From Candidatus Aenigmatarchaeota archaeon (GTDB lineage Archaea > EX4484-52): a stretch of DNA of 25,878 nt. The position numbers and the translations under genes were made by a program. Below, one piece after another: positions 1-8,711 of the stretch. The stretch lies in contig JAGLPV010000040.1 of assembly GCA_023137195.1 (NCBI GenBank), positions 1-25,878 of the forward strand, written 5' to 3'. Every line of letters starts with the position of its first letter. The stretch's first letter is position 1. The notes beneath the pieces are model-generated. The model had not been told where the DNA came from and did not search any database. It saw only the letters and a list, made by a program, of their open reading frames with translations.

Positions 1-70
1 CAGCTTGCTGCGGGGTTGTTCATTGGTTTTAGTTCTGTTGAAAATACTGTGTTTTTCTATGGTTTTGAGT

Positions 71-241
71 GGTTCGCTGTGAAATTTGCTCTTATGGAGT
101 ACAATGGATTCTTTTTCTTACGCTTACGACTATTTTCTGCAGTCTTACAAAAATTACGTGCAGAAAATAACCATGAAAATCGCTGGGCTTACAAGTTATA
201 CCGCGCTTTTCAAGGTTAAAGGTCGGTTCGCTGTGAAATTT
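71..241. repeat. 17-bp perfect direct repeat GGTTCGCTGTGAAATTT (71-87 and 225-241) in the region downstream of tRNA-Gly
   Basis: Both copies read directly from the sequence, 154 bp apart; the short ORFs overlapping this region show no recognisable motifs. Confidence 0.7.
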
Positions 242-290
242 CCACTTTTTACGAGGTTTACGGGAAATTCCTTTGCTCACTCGCCTTTAA

Positions 291-361
291 TGCGAATACC
301 GGGAATTGAACCCGGGCCCTTGGCTTGGAAGGCCAAAGTCATACCACTAGACCATATTCGC
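291..361 (-). tRNA. tRNA-Gly (anticodon TCC), no intron, CCA not encoded
   Basis: Reverse complement folds as a cloverleaf: GCGAATA acceptor / TATTCGC-A, D arm GTCTAGTGGTATGAC, anticodon arm TTGGC-CTTCCAA-GCCAA, T arm CCGGG-TTCAATT-CCCGG. Confidence 0.96.
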
Positions 362-381
362 TTAAATTAACAATAAATAGA

Positions 382-573
382 TTATTTTCTCTTTTTTGTT
401 GTTATCTTTGCTTTTGTCTGCCAATTGTATTTCCTTAATTTAGCCGTATCTCCAAATCCACATGCAGCGCATATTTTTCTCGTCTTGTGCATTGTCACTC
501 TGCCACATCTTCTGCAAATTATATGTGTCTTTTTGTTTTTCTTTCCAAATGATGGTTTTCCGTCTGTAGCCAT
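382..573 (-). CDS. rpl37e: 50S ribosomal protein L37e
   Basis: GKPSFGKKNKKTHIICRRCG...CAACGFG...LRKYNW is the L37e zinc-finger signature. Confidence 0.95.
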   Translation of the reverse strand: MATDGKPSFGKKNKKTHIICRRCGRVTMHKTRKICAACGFGDTAKLRKYNWQTKAKITTKKRK

Positions 574-593
574 AAAATTTTATTGCTAATATC

Positions 594-601
594 TTTATAA
601 A
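594..601. promoter_or_regulatory. Palindromic TATA box TTTATAAA, possibly shared by the divergent rpl37e and pilus ATPase genes
   Basis: Lies about 20-22 nt from both start codons (573 and 624) in a 50-bp intergenic gap; fits archaeal short-leader or leaderless promoters. Confidence 0.5.
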
Positions 602-623
602 TATTTACTTGCCTTAGTATTGT

Positions 624-2153
624 ATGAAAAAGGATATAGAAAAATACAAAATTTATTCTAATGAGGTTGAAGCAGAGATTACAATAGCTGAAACAGATAC
701 AGAATATATCCCTTTATATGAGTTAAAGAAAAGAAAAATTTCCCTGGGAATCCAAGTGGTATTGGATGAAGTGAAAGAGGAGTTAATCAAGGTTGTTCCA
801 TTAAGTACAAAAGAATTCATTGATCCGAAAGTATTTGAAGGAGTGAAAACGAAATTCAGGGAAAAGGCTATAGATCTTCTTGAGAACTATTTTCCCAACC
901 TGGCTGAAAAGGAAAAAAGATTCCTCGCGTGCGGTCTGGTCAATGACATGCTTGGGCTAGGTGATATTGAACTGATATTAAGCGACCCAAATCTCGAGGA
1001 AATTGTTGTAAATTGCCATAGGGAGCCAATATGGGTTTATCACAAAAGACACAACTGGTTGAAGACAAATATCTATCTGGATAATGAAGAAGAGATATAC
1101 AACTATTCTTCTGCTATTGGTCGTCGGGTAGGAATGCAGATTTCAAACCTACATCCTCTGATGGATGCGCACCTGACCACAGGAGATAGGGTAAATGCCA
1201 CAATTTTTCCGATTTCAACAAAAGGAAACACAATTACAATCAGAAAATTCTCCAGGTCGCCGTGGACAATAATCCATTTTCTGGAGGCGAAAACCTTTTC
1301 AAAGGATGTTGCCGCGTTTTTGTGGCTTGCAATACAATATGAGTTAAATATCATGGTATCCGGGGGAACTGCATCCGGGAAAACATCCATGCTTGGTGTG
1401 ATTTTGCCTTTTATCCCTCCAAATCAAAGAATTATTTCTATTGAAGATACCCGTGAGATACAACTGCCTGATTTTCTTCACTGGGTTCCTTTATCTTCAA
1501 GGGGATCTAATCCTGAAGGCAAGGGAGAAATTACAATGCTTGATTTGATGGTAAATGCTCTTCGTATGAGACCGGACAGGTTGATTATTGGAGAAATCCG
1601 AAGGGCAAAAGAAGCAGAGGTTATGTTTGAAGCTATCCGGACAGGTCACAGTGCTTACGCTACTTTTCACGGGGACCGTGCAGATCAGGTATTTAAAAGA
1701 CTGACAAATTCTCCTATAAATTTAGCTGAATCAATGCTTAGTGCTTTGCATCTGATTGTAGTCCAGTACAGGCACAGGAGGAAAGGCATTAGGCGGACAA
1801 CTGAAGTTGCAGAAATAATATCGACTGAAGATAAGTGTCGCGTAAATATAATCTATCGATGGAATGCACAGACAGACCAGATAGAAAAAATAAATGAAGT
1901 ATACCGGATTTACGATGAGATTTCCATGTATTCCGGCATGACAAAAAAAGAAATAGAAACAGACATTGCCAATAAGGTAGTAATTCTGGACTGGATGATG
2001 AAGCATAAGATAAAAACAGTAAATTCTGTGGGAAAAATACTGGCAGAATATTACCAGGATGAAAAAAAGATAATAAAGGCAGCAGTGGGAAATATCTCTC
2101 CGAAGGAAATCCTTGGAGAAAAATTATATGGAGAAATAATAAAAAGTGATTGA
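624..2153 (+). CDS. Type IV pilus/type II-IV secretion ATPase (CpaF/TadA/VirB11 family)
   Basis: Walker A GGTASGKTS, Asp box IEDTREI, ALRMRPDRLIIGEIR (Walker B), His box GHSAYATFHG, TITIRKF. Confidence 0.93.
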   Translation: MKKDIEKYKIYSNEVEAEITIAETDTEYIPLYELKKRKISLGIQVVLDEVKEELIKVVPLSTKEFIDPKVFEGVKTKFREKAIDLLENYFPNLAEKEKRFLACGLVNDMLGLGDIELILSDPNLEEIVVNCHREPIWVYHKRHNWLKTNIYLDNEEEIYNYSSAIGRRVGMQISNLHPLMDAHLTTGDRVNATIFPISTKGNTITIRKFSRSPWTIIHFLEAKTFSKDVAAFLWLAIQYELNIMVSGGTASGKTSMLGVILPFIPPNQRIISIEDTREIQLPDFLHWVPLSSRGSNPEGKGEITMLDLMVNALRMRPDRLIIGEIRRAKEAEVMFEAIRTGHSAYATFHGDRADQVFKRLTNSPINLAESMLSALHLIVVQYRHRRKGIRRTTEVAEIISTEDKCRVNIIYRWNAQTDQIEKINEVYRIYDEISMYSGMTKKEIETDIANKVVILDWMMKHKIKTVNSVGKILAEYYQDEKKIIKAAVGNISPKEILGEKLYGEIIKSD

Positions 2154-3018
2154 TGTGACAAACAAGCTTGAAAAAAAACTAATGAAAAAATCACGTGTTT
2201 TCTACAAGTACGCAAAAAAAATAGCCCCTTATCTCCAGGGACTAAAAGTAGATTTGCTTCAGGCAAGAAAAAAATACTCTCTTGAAGAATACATCGCTTT
2301 TTCTATATATTCTTCATTAAAAACAACCATCATGATGTTTATCACTCTTATTTTTATGTGGATTATCCTGGAAGATGCACTTATACTGAAACTTGCTTTT
2401 GCCAGTGTGCCTCTTTTTTTCATCATGATGATGTACACCATCCTTGCCAAGCCAAAGATAATGGCAAAAAGAATGGCAAGAGATATAGATGGAGAACTTC
2501 CCTATGCGATGAGACATTTGCTGATTGAAATAAGATCAGGCATTCCTATCTATGAAAGCCTGGTGAACATCTCAGAAGGATATGGTTATGTATCGAAGGA
2601 ATTTAAGGAAATTGTATGCAATGTAAACGGGGGAAAATCAGAAATCGAGGCAATCGAAGATAGCATTCTCCAGAGTCCATCTACATCCTATAGAAGAAGT
2701 TTCTGGCAGATATTAAATTCATTGAAAACAGGCACAACACTCGAAGTTGCGCTGAAAAACATAGTGGATAATATGCTGAAAGAACAATTGCTATCCATCA
2801 AAAAATATGGACAGGAACTAAATCCTTTGACACTCATGTATATGCTTTTTGCAGTAATTGTTCCATCTCTGGGCATTACTTTTCTTACCATACTCACAAC
2901 ATTTACAGGAGGTGGAATCGGGGCACCAATGCTTTACTCAATATTGGCGGTATTGATTGTATTCCAGGTGATGTTTTTAAATATGATAAAAAGCAGGCGA
3001 CCTGTACTCCAGGTTTAA
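2146..3018 (+). CDS. Type II secretion system F family (TadB/TadC-like) membrane platform protein
   Basis: Two N-terminal TM segments, IDGELPYAMRHLLIEIRSGIPIYESL...GYGYVSKEF, C-terminal TMs; overlaps the ATPase stop. Confidence 0.88.
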   Translation: MIDVTNKLEKKLMKKSRVFYKYAKKIAPYLQGLKVDLLQARKKYSLEEYIAFSIYSSLKTTIMMFITLIFMWIILEDALILKLAFASVPLFFIMMMYTILAKPKIMAKRMARDIDGELPYAMRHLLIEIRSGIPIYESLVNISEGYGYVSKEFKEIVCNVNGGKSEIEAIEDSILQSPSTSYRRSFWQILNSLKTGTTLEVALKNIVDNMLKEQLLSIKKYGQELNPLTLMYMLFAVIVPSLGITFLTILTTFTGGGIGAPMLYSILAVLIVFQVMFLNMIKSRRPVLQV

Positions 3019-3024
3019 TCAATT

Positions 3025-4032
3025 ATGGATAAAAGAGAGAAACTATACAGCTCATTTCCAAAATCTTTCAAGGATTTGATGGAGAGAGAAGCAAAATATG
3101 CAGGGATACAAAAATTTTCTCCAAAAAGCGTCATAAATATATTTATTTGTTTTTATATAATTTCTTTAATAGTTCTGGTTTATCTGACATGGACAAAAAT
3201 GTTCAGCAATATAGTAATCTGGTCGATTGTTACGGGCATTCTCTGTGCAGGCATTCTAACACCATATTCAAAATACTCTATATTTGCAGACAAGAGAAGC
3301 AAAAAAATTGAGGCGATGCTGCCGGATATATTGATGCTTACTTCTTCAAATATCAAATCCGGTCTTACGATAGATAGGGCGATGCTTTTTTCTGCAAGAC
3401 CAGAATTCGGGGCCATAGGACAAGAATTCAAAAAGGTTGCCCTGGATATATATGGTGGTGTGCCTGTAGAAAAGGCATTTCTCGAGCTTTCATCCAAAAT
3501 AAAATCAAAAATCCTCGGCAATACTGTGAAAATGCTTGTAGAAGGTCTTAGATCGGGCGGAGCTGTTGCAAAATTGCTTGAAGAAACAGCGATTGACATT
3601 CAAAACTCAGAAGTACTACATAAAGAAATTCAGGCTTCGGTTATGATGTATACCATTTTTATTTTTATAGCGGCTGTTTTAGGGGCTCCTTTTTTGTTCG
3701 CCATATCTAATTTCCTGACACAAAGTATGTCTGTAATGTGGAGTTCAACAGGCAGTAGTTCGGGGCAGGACGTTTCTTCTGTCCAGGGTTCACTGTCTAC
3801 TTCAATTAGCGTTAGTGCTCCTGATGTTGACCTTGATGCATTGCATAATTTTTCAGTCTATGCCATAATGATAACAACAATTTGTGGAGGCATTCTAATA
3901 TCCCTTATCCAGAAAGGGAATATAAAAGAAGCATATAAATATGCCCCTCCTTTTGCAATAGTGGCACTTATTATATTTTATGTTGCAAAACAAGGTTTGT
4001 TGGTAGTATTTGGTGGTATGTTGGGAATTTAA
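3025..4032 (+). CDS. Second type II secretion system F family (TadC-like) membrane protein
   Basis: IEAMLPDILMLTSSNIKSGLTIDRAMLFSARPEFG, GLRSGGAVAKLLEE, multiple TM helices; in operon with the ATPase. Confidence 0.88.
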   Translation: MDKREKLYSSFPKSFKDLMEREAKYAGIQKFSPKSVINIFICFYIISLIVLVYLTWTKMFSNIVIWSIVTGILCAGILTPYSKYSIFADKRSKKIEAMLPDILMLTSSNIKSGLTIDRAMLFSARPEFGAIGQEFKKVALDIYGGVPVEKAFLELSSKIKSKILGNTVKMLVEGLRSGGAVAKLLEETAIDIQNSEVLHKEIQASVMMYTIFIFIAAVLGAPFLFAISNFLTQSMSVMWSSTGSSSGQDVSSVQGSLSTSISVSAPDVDLDALHNFSVYAIMITTICGGILISLIQKGNIKEAYKYAPPFAIVALIIFYVAKQGLLVVFGGMLGI

Positions 4033-4090
4033 AAAAAGAAAACAAGCGGCGAGAAAATATATATATAAAATTATTGCATATATTATTCTT

Positions 4091-4792
4091 ATGGAAATGA
4101 TGAGCGAAAACATGGGTTATGACCGGGCGATTACTACATTCAGTCCGGATGGAAGATTATTCCAGGTGGAATATGCAAGGGAAGCAGTGAAAAAAGGAAG
4201 CAGTGTTGTTTCTATTTGCTTAAACAAAAAAGAGAAAATGATTGTTTTTTGCACAAGAAAGAGACAGTCAAATATTGTGCTATCTATTGAGAAAATATTT
4301 AAGATAGATGAACATATTGCTGCTGCAAGCGCAGGGCTTATTGCAGATGCCCGTCTTTTGATAGAAGAAGCAAGGGTAAAATCCCAGCAAAACCAGATTC
4401 TCTATGATGAGCCGATTTCAGTTTTTTCGCTTGCAAAATCAATAGCGGATAAAAAACAGGTCTACACCCAGTATGCTGGAGTAAGACCTTATGGAGTGTC
4501 TCTTTTGATTGGAGGGATAAATCATGAAGCTGTCTTGTACGAAACAGACCCTTCTGGATTTATGATGCAGGCAAAAGCAAGAGCAATTGGGCAGAATGCA
4601 GATAAAGTCAATGAGTTTTTGGAAAAAGAATACAAGGAAGATTTAGATATAAACAGCGCAATAAAACTGGCAGTAAACGCAATGAAAAAATCAGAAGAAA
4701 AAACAAAAATAGAAGAAACAAATGTATGGACATTGACAGAAAAAGGAATAAATGAATACTCAACTGATGAATTGAAAAAAATATTAGATTAA
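4091..4792 (+). CDS. psmA: Proteasome subunit alpha
   Basis: GYDRAITTFSPDGRLFQVEYAREAV, YTQYAGVRPYGVSLL, LYETDPSG. Start placed at ATG 4091 (TATA-like ATATATAAAA at 4061-4070) rather than GTG 4010. Confidence 0.95.
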   Translation: MEMMSENMGYDRAITTFSPDGRLFQVEYAREAVKKGSSVVSICLNKKEKMIVFCTRKRQSNIVLSIEKIFKIDEHIAAASAGLIADARLLIEEARVKSQQNQILYDEPISVFSLAKSIADKKQVYTQYAGVRPYGVSLLIGGINHEAVLYETDPSGFMMQAKARAIGQNADKVNEFLEKEYKEDLDINSAIKLAVNAMKKSEEKTKIEETNVWTLTEKGINEYSTDELKKILD

Positions 4793-4795
4793 TTT

Positions 4796-5962
4796 ATGGA
4801 TTCAAAACCTTTAACCGGAGGAGATGCAGTAGCTGAGGCCATAAGACAGATAAATCCTGCTGTAATGGCGGCGTACCCAATTACTCCACAAACGCCAATC
4901 ATCGAGAAGTTTGCGCAGTTTGTTGCAAACGGTCTGGTTGATACGGAATTCATAAGGGTTGAATCTGAACACAGTGCATTGAGCGCAACAGTTGGCGCAT
5001 CTGCTGCCGGAGTTAGGGCAATGACAGCAACATCATCCCAGGGGCTTGCTCTGATGTGGGAAATACTTGGGGCTGCATCGGGTCTGAGACTTCCGATTGT
5101 AATGCCGACACCAAACAGGGCTCTTTCTGCGCCAATAAATATACATTGCGATCATAGTGATACAATGGGGGCAAGAGACCAGTCCTGGATTCAGATATTC
5201 AGCGAAACTGCACAGGAGGCATACGAACACACCCTTTTGGCAGTAAGAATCAGTGAAAACAAAAAGGTGATGCTTCCTTCAATGATAATGCAGGATGGGT
5301 TCAATACAACTCATAATGTAGAGAATGTCATAATCCATGATGACAGGAAGGTAAGAAAATTTCTCGGCGATTACAAACCGCAAAATCCTTTGCTTGATAC
5401 CAATAAACCAATGACGCACGGACCATTTGCACTGCAAAACTATTATTTTGAAATGAAAAAAGAGCAGGAAGATGCAATTTTAAGGGCAAAAGATGTTTAT
5501 CTCAAGATGGGGTTGGAGTTGTCTAAAATTACAGGGAATAGTTATGAACTCTTTGAGGAATACAAAACGAAAGATGCTGACACTATATTTATTGTGTTGA
5601 ACTCAACCGCGGGAACAGTGAAAGCAAAAATTGATGATTTAAGAGATAGAGGAGAAAAAGTTGGAGTAATCAAAATAAAATTATATCGTCCTTTTCCTTA
5701 TATGGAGATGGCGGATGCCCTGAAGAGTGCGAAAAAGGTAATTGTTTTGGATAGGTCCCTGTCCTTTGGAGCAGTTCCTCCAGTGTGTTCTGATATAAAA
5801 AATGCGCTTCATGGTTCAAAAAACAGACCGGAAATTATAAGTTATGTGTTTGGGCTGGGTGGGAAAAATATATATGAAAAAGACATAGAAGAAGCATATT
5901 TTTCTGTTAAAAATAATAAGTACGATGCTCATATAAATTATATTGGTCTTGGAAGGAGATAG
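4796..5962 (+). CDS. porA: Pyruvate:ferredoxin oxidoreductase subunit alpha
   Basis: AAYPITPQT, VESEHSA, TATSSQGL, NRALSAPINIHCDHSD, DGF, RPFP, GLGG motifs. Confidence 0.93.
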   Translation: MDSKPLTGGDAVAEAIRQINPAVMAAYPITPQTPIIEKFAQFVANGLVDTEFIRVESEHSALSATVGASAAGVRAMTATSSQGLALMWEILGAASGLRLPIVMPTPNRALSAPINIHCDHSDTMGARDQSWIQIFSETAQEAYEHTLLAVRISENKKVMLPSMIMQDGFNTTHNVENVIIHDDRKVRKFLGDYKPQNPLLDTNKPMTHGPFALQNYYFEMKKEQEDAILRAKDVYLKMGLELSKITGNSYELFEEYKTKDADTIFIVLNSTAGTVKAKIDDLRDRGEKVGVIKIKLYRPFPYMEMADALKSAKKVIVLDRSLSFGAVPPVCSDIKNALHGSKNRPEIISYVFGLGGKNIYEKDIEEAYFSVKNNKYDAHINYIGLGRR

Positions 5963-5972
5963 ATTTATTGTT

Positions 5973-8711
5973 TTAAGTTAGCTGTAATGCGGCTAATTCT
6001 TCATTTTCCTGGTTTATTTTCTTAATTAATATATCTCTTTCTTTTAGCAATTCTTCCAGCTTTTCTATTATTTCCTTTGTTTCGCCCCTTTTCTCATGTC
6101 CTTCGATTTCATACTTTAATCGGCTTATCTTAGAGCTCCTGAAGAAATTATTCAGCCAGCTTCCCTGTTTTTTCGCCTTTTTCTCCTCTTGTTCAACATA
6201 TTTTCCCGTCTTTAATTTATTGATTTTATCATTGATTTCCAGGAGACGTTCATGCTTGGACTCTTCGCCAGACCCGCTAAATACGGGGACTTTCTTTAAG
6301 TTGTTGTATTCTTCTTCCAGAGATGCAATCTTTGGAGCATTGAGATTTTCTTTTTTTATTTTTATTTTCTTTAAATCAATATTAATATTCTGCTCTACTT
6401 TTTCCTCGAACTTCTCAAAAATACCAGTTATGCCTACATCATCCTCGCGATATTTATACACCTGTTTTCTTATCTGCTCCATTAAATTCAGGAGATTCTT
6501 TCTTGTCTCTCCTGTTGGTTTTTTTATCTTTCCCACTATAAACCATATTAGCTCAAAAAAAGCAGTTATAGTTTTCTTATCCTTTTTCCGCAGTATGTAA
6601 GGAGCTATTTCCATGAAGTTCCTGTTGACTAAGTAACTTTCATAAAAAATACTATTGGTATTATCATCATAGCAATTGCAGAAAATAATATCCGTCCCAA
6701 ATGCATCAAACTCTTTTTTTTGATCCTGCAATACTTCTAAGTCTATAGCTTCTATTGTGTCATCGTAATAGAAACTCTCCCCAAAATCAATCAATTTCCA
6801 TATGCCTTTTTTATCCAATATAATATTTCTTGGAAGTAAATCCCAGTGAATAAAATTATGGTTGTGCATGACTGCAATGATTCTTCCCAATTCAGTAAAA
6901 TGCTTTGGATCTTTAAAGAATTTATTGGAAAGTTCCTCTATTTTTTTACCATCAATATAATCCATTATTAATGTTTGGCTCTTTTTATCAAATTTACGTG
7001 GTTCTGGGGCATTATGTGGAAGAAACTTTCTGAAAACATCAATATTTGTAAATTCCTCTTCCTTAATTTCCTCACCATATCGCGGCATCTTTATAGATAA
7101 TTCATGCTTCTCTTTTTCACTATCTACAGCAGAAATGTTAAACACCTGCCCATGGTTTCCCGGCTCTGATTCAACAGGAGGTTCAATATCATACTCCTCT
7201 AGTTTGATTTTTTTATTACCATAGAGGGGTATTCTTTTTTTTGTTATAAGACCAACCACTTCTTCAATCTTTGATGTTTTTATGAAACGATTCCACAAAT
7301 CACTATTCTTATTTTGAACCCCGAATTTTTGTTTTTTAGTAATGTTTCCAAGATACAAATCAACATTCTTTATTTTTTTTCCTCTTTTTATTTCATCATA
7401 AATTAGTTCTCTTTTTCCCTTGCTTAGGGATTTCCAGTGATCTTCTTTCTCCGGAGGAATACGTCTCATTATATCTTTATCCGCATTAATCCACTTCTTC
7501 CTCGTCTGTTTTGCTTCGCGGTCTTTTATCTTCTTTAAATCCCTAGCTGGGGTTTTTATTATCTTTTCCTTAAAACTCTCAAAAATTCCGGTCATGATTG
7601 CATCATCCTTGTGATGTCGGTACACATGTTCTTTTATTTTCTCCATGAGACGCACAAGATACTTTCCTGTCTTCGTTGTTGGCTCTCTTATCTTTTCCAC
7701 TGCAAACAAAATAAGCTCAAACAAAGCATTTATGGCTTCCTTGTCTTCTTTTCCCTGCTTTTGTATTATTACTTCGGATATTTTCATGAAGTTCCTGTTA
7801 ATTAAATAACTCTCGAAAAAGATATTGTTTATGTCCTTGTCACTAAACAAATCACGCGGAATATGGTCTTCTCCGGTTATCACAAACTCTGCTTTCTGTC
7901 TGTTTAATAATTCGTAGTCTATGTTCTTTGCACCTTCATCCCCGCGAAATGATGCATAAAGACCAACCAACTTCAAAATCCCTTTTTTATCCAAAAGAAT
8001 ATTATCTATATTTAACGTTCCGTGAACAAAATTATAATTATGTACCTGGGCGATTATCTTTCCCAGGGCAGTTATAATATGGGGCTTGGCTTTCAACTTT
8101 TCCTCTGTGATTTCCCTCAGGGTGATGCCGTTTATGTACTCTGTTGTCAATCTTTTGGCTTTTTTGTCGTAACTGTAAATTCCCGGGACATTATTGGGGA
8201 AATGCTTTTTTAAGAGACGTATATTTTCATGCCCTTCCTCGCTACACCATTCTGATTTTACTGCAACCTCTTGTTTCTTCTTCTCGGGAATAATTTGATT
8301 CGTACTAGGGGTTATAACTTCTTCCGTCCTGCTTTCTCTAATTACATTGACCAGATTCTTTTTGTTTTGTTTTGCTTCTTTTATCATTTCTCTTTTTCTA
8401 TTCTCGGGGAGAGAGTCCCAATATTTTCCGTCTCTTCCATTTAGAGATTCCTTTATCTTCTCGTCCGCACTGACCCTCTTTTCTTTTGCGTATTCTGATT
8501 TTATTTGACTAACAACGTCCTTAATATTTCCAGAAACATCATCCAGCATCTTCCCTCCTAATGCTTCTGTTTCAACGATTTTTGCACTTTTTATTACAGA
8601 ATCAATCCGCAATTTCAGGGAAGAATTGACAGGCAATTCATCTCTTAGACTTTCAAGAACTCTCACTTGCTCCTTTAGTTCTTTTTCAAGAGTAATTATT
8701 TTTTTATTCAT
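5973..8711 (-). CDS. 912-aa protein with two tandem atypical (Bud32/RIO/APH-like) kinase folds; the first is degenerate
   Basis: Domain 2: LSIKMP, LIMDYIDG, HWDLLPRNIIL, LIDFG. Domain 1: VAVKS, LTTEYING, HGTLNIDNILL, LVGLY. Coiled-coil termini. ATGA overlap with the upstream giant gene at 8708-8711. Confidence 0.8.
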   Translation of the reverse strand: MNKKIITLEKELKEQVRVLESLRDELPVNSSLKLRIDSVIKSAKIVETEALGGKMLDDVSGNIKDVVSQIKSEYAKEKRVSADEKIKESLNGRDGKYWDSLPENRKREMIKEAKQNKKNLVNVIRESRTEEVITPSTNQIIPEKKKQEVAVKSEWCSEEGHENIRLLKKHFPNNVPGIYSYDKKAKRLTTEYINGITLREITEEKLKAKPHIITALGKIIAQVHNYNFVHGTLNIDNILLDKKGILKLVGLYASFRGDEGAKNIDYELLNRQKAEFVITGEDHIPRDLFSDKDINNIFFESYLINRNFMKISEVIIQKQGKEDKEAINALFELILFAVEKIREPTTKTGKYLVRLMEKIKEHVYRHHKDDAIMTGIFESFKEKIIKTPARDLKKIKDREAKQTRKKWINADKDIMRRIPPEKEDHWKSLSKGKRELIYDEIKRGKKIKNVDLYLGNITKKQKFGVQNKNSDLWNRFIKTSKIEEVVGLITKKRIPLYGNKKIKLEEYDIEPPVESEPGNHGQVFNISAVDSEKEKHELSIKMPRYGEEIKEEEFTNIDVFRKFLPHNAPEPRKFDKKSQTLIMDYIDGKKIEELSNKFFKDPKHFTELGRIIAVMHNHNFIHWDLLPRNIILDKKGIWKLIDFGESFYYDDTIEAIDLEVLQDQKKEFDAFGTDIIFCNCYDDNTNSIFYESYLVNRNFMEIAPYILRKKDKKTITAFFELIWFIVGKIKKPTGETRKNLLNLMEQIRKQVYKYREDDVGITGIFEKFEEKVEQNINIDLKKIKIKKENLNAPKIASLEEEYNNLKKVPVFSGSGEESKHERLLEINDKINKLKTGKYVEQEEKKAKKQGSWLNNFFRSSKISRLKYEIEGHEKRGETKEIIEKLEELLKERDILIKKINQENEELAALQLT

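Noticed and set aside
291-361. tRNA-Gly as the attachment site of the accessory region in this window
   Set aside because: I saw no duplicate of the tRNA 3' end and no integrase in the window.
16-370. Short ORFs 16-219, 86-370 and 92-280
   Set aside because: No recognisable motifs, mutually overlapping, and one runs antisense through the tRNA.
624-4032. Archaellum (flaI/flaJ) assignment
   Set aside because: No archaellin or flaH nearby, and two separate TadC-like genes fit a pilus system better.
4010-4090. N-terminal extension of psmA from GTG 4010
   Set aside because: Overlaps the upstream gene and spans the TATA-like element; alpha subunits begin just before the YDRAIT motif.
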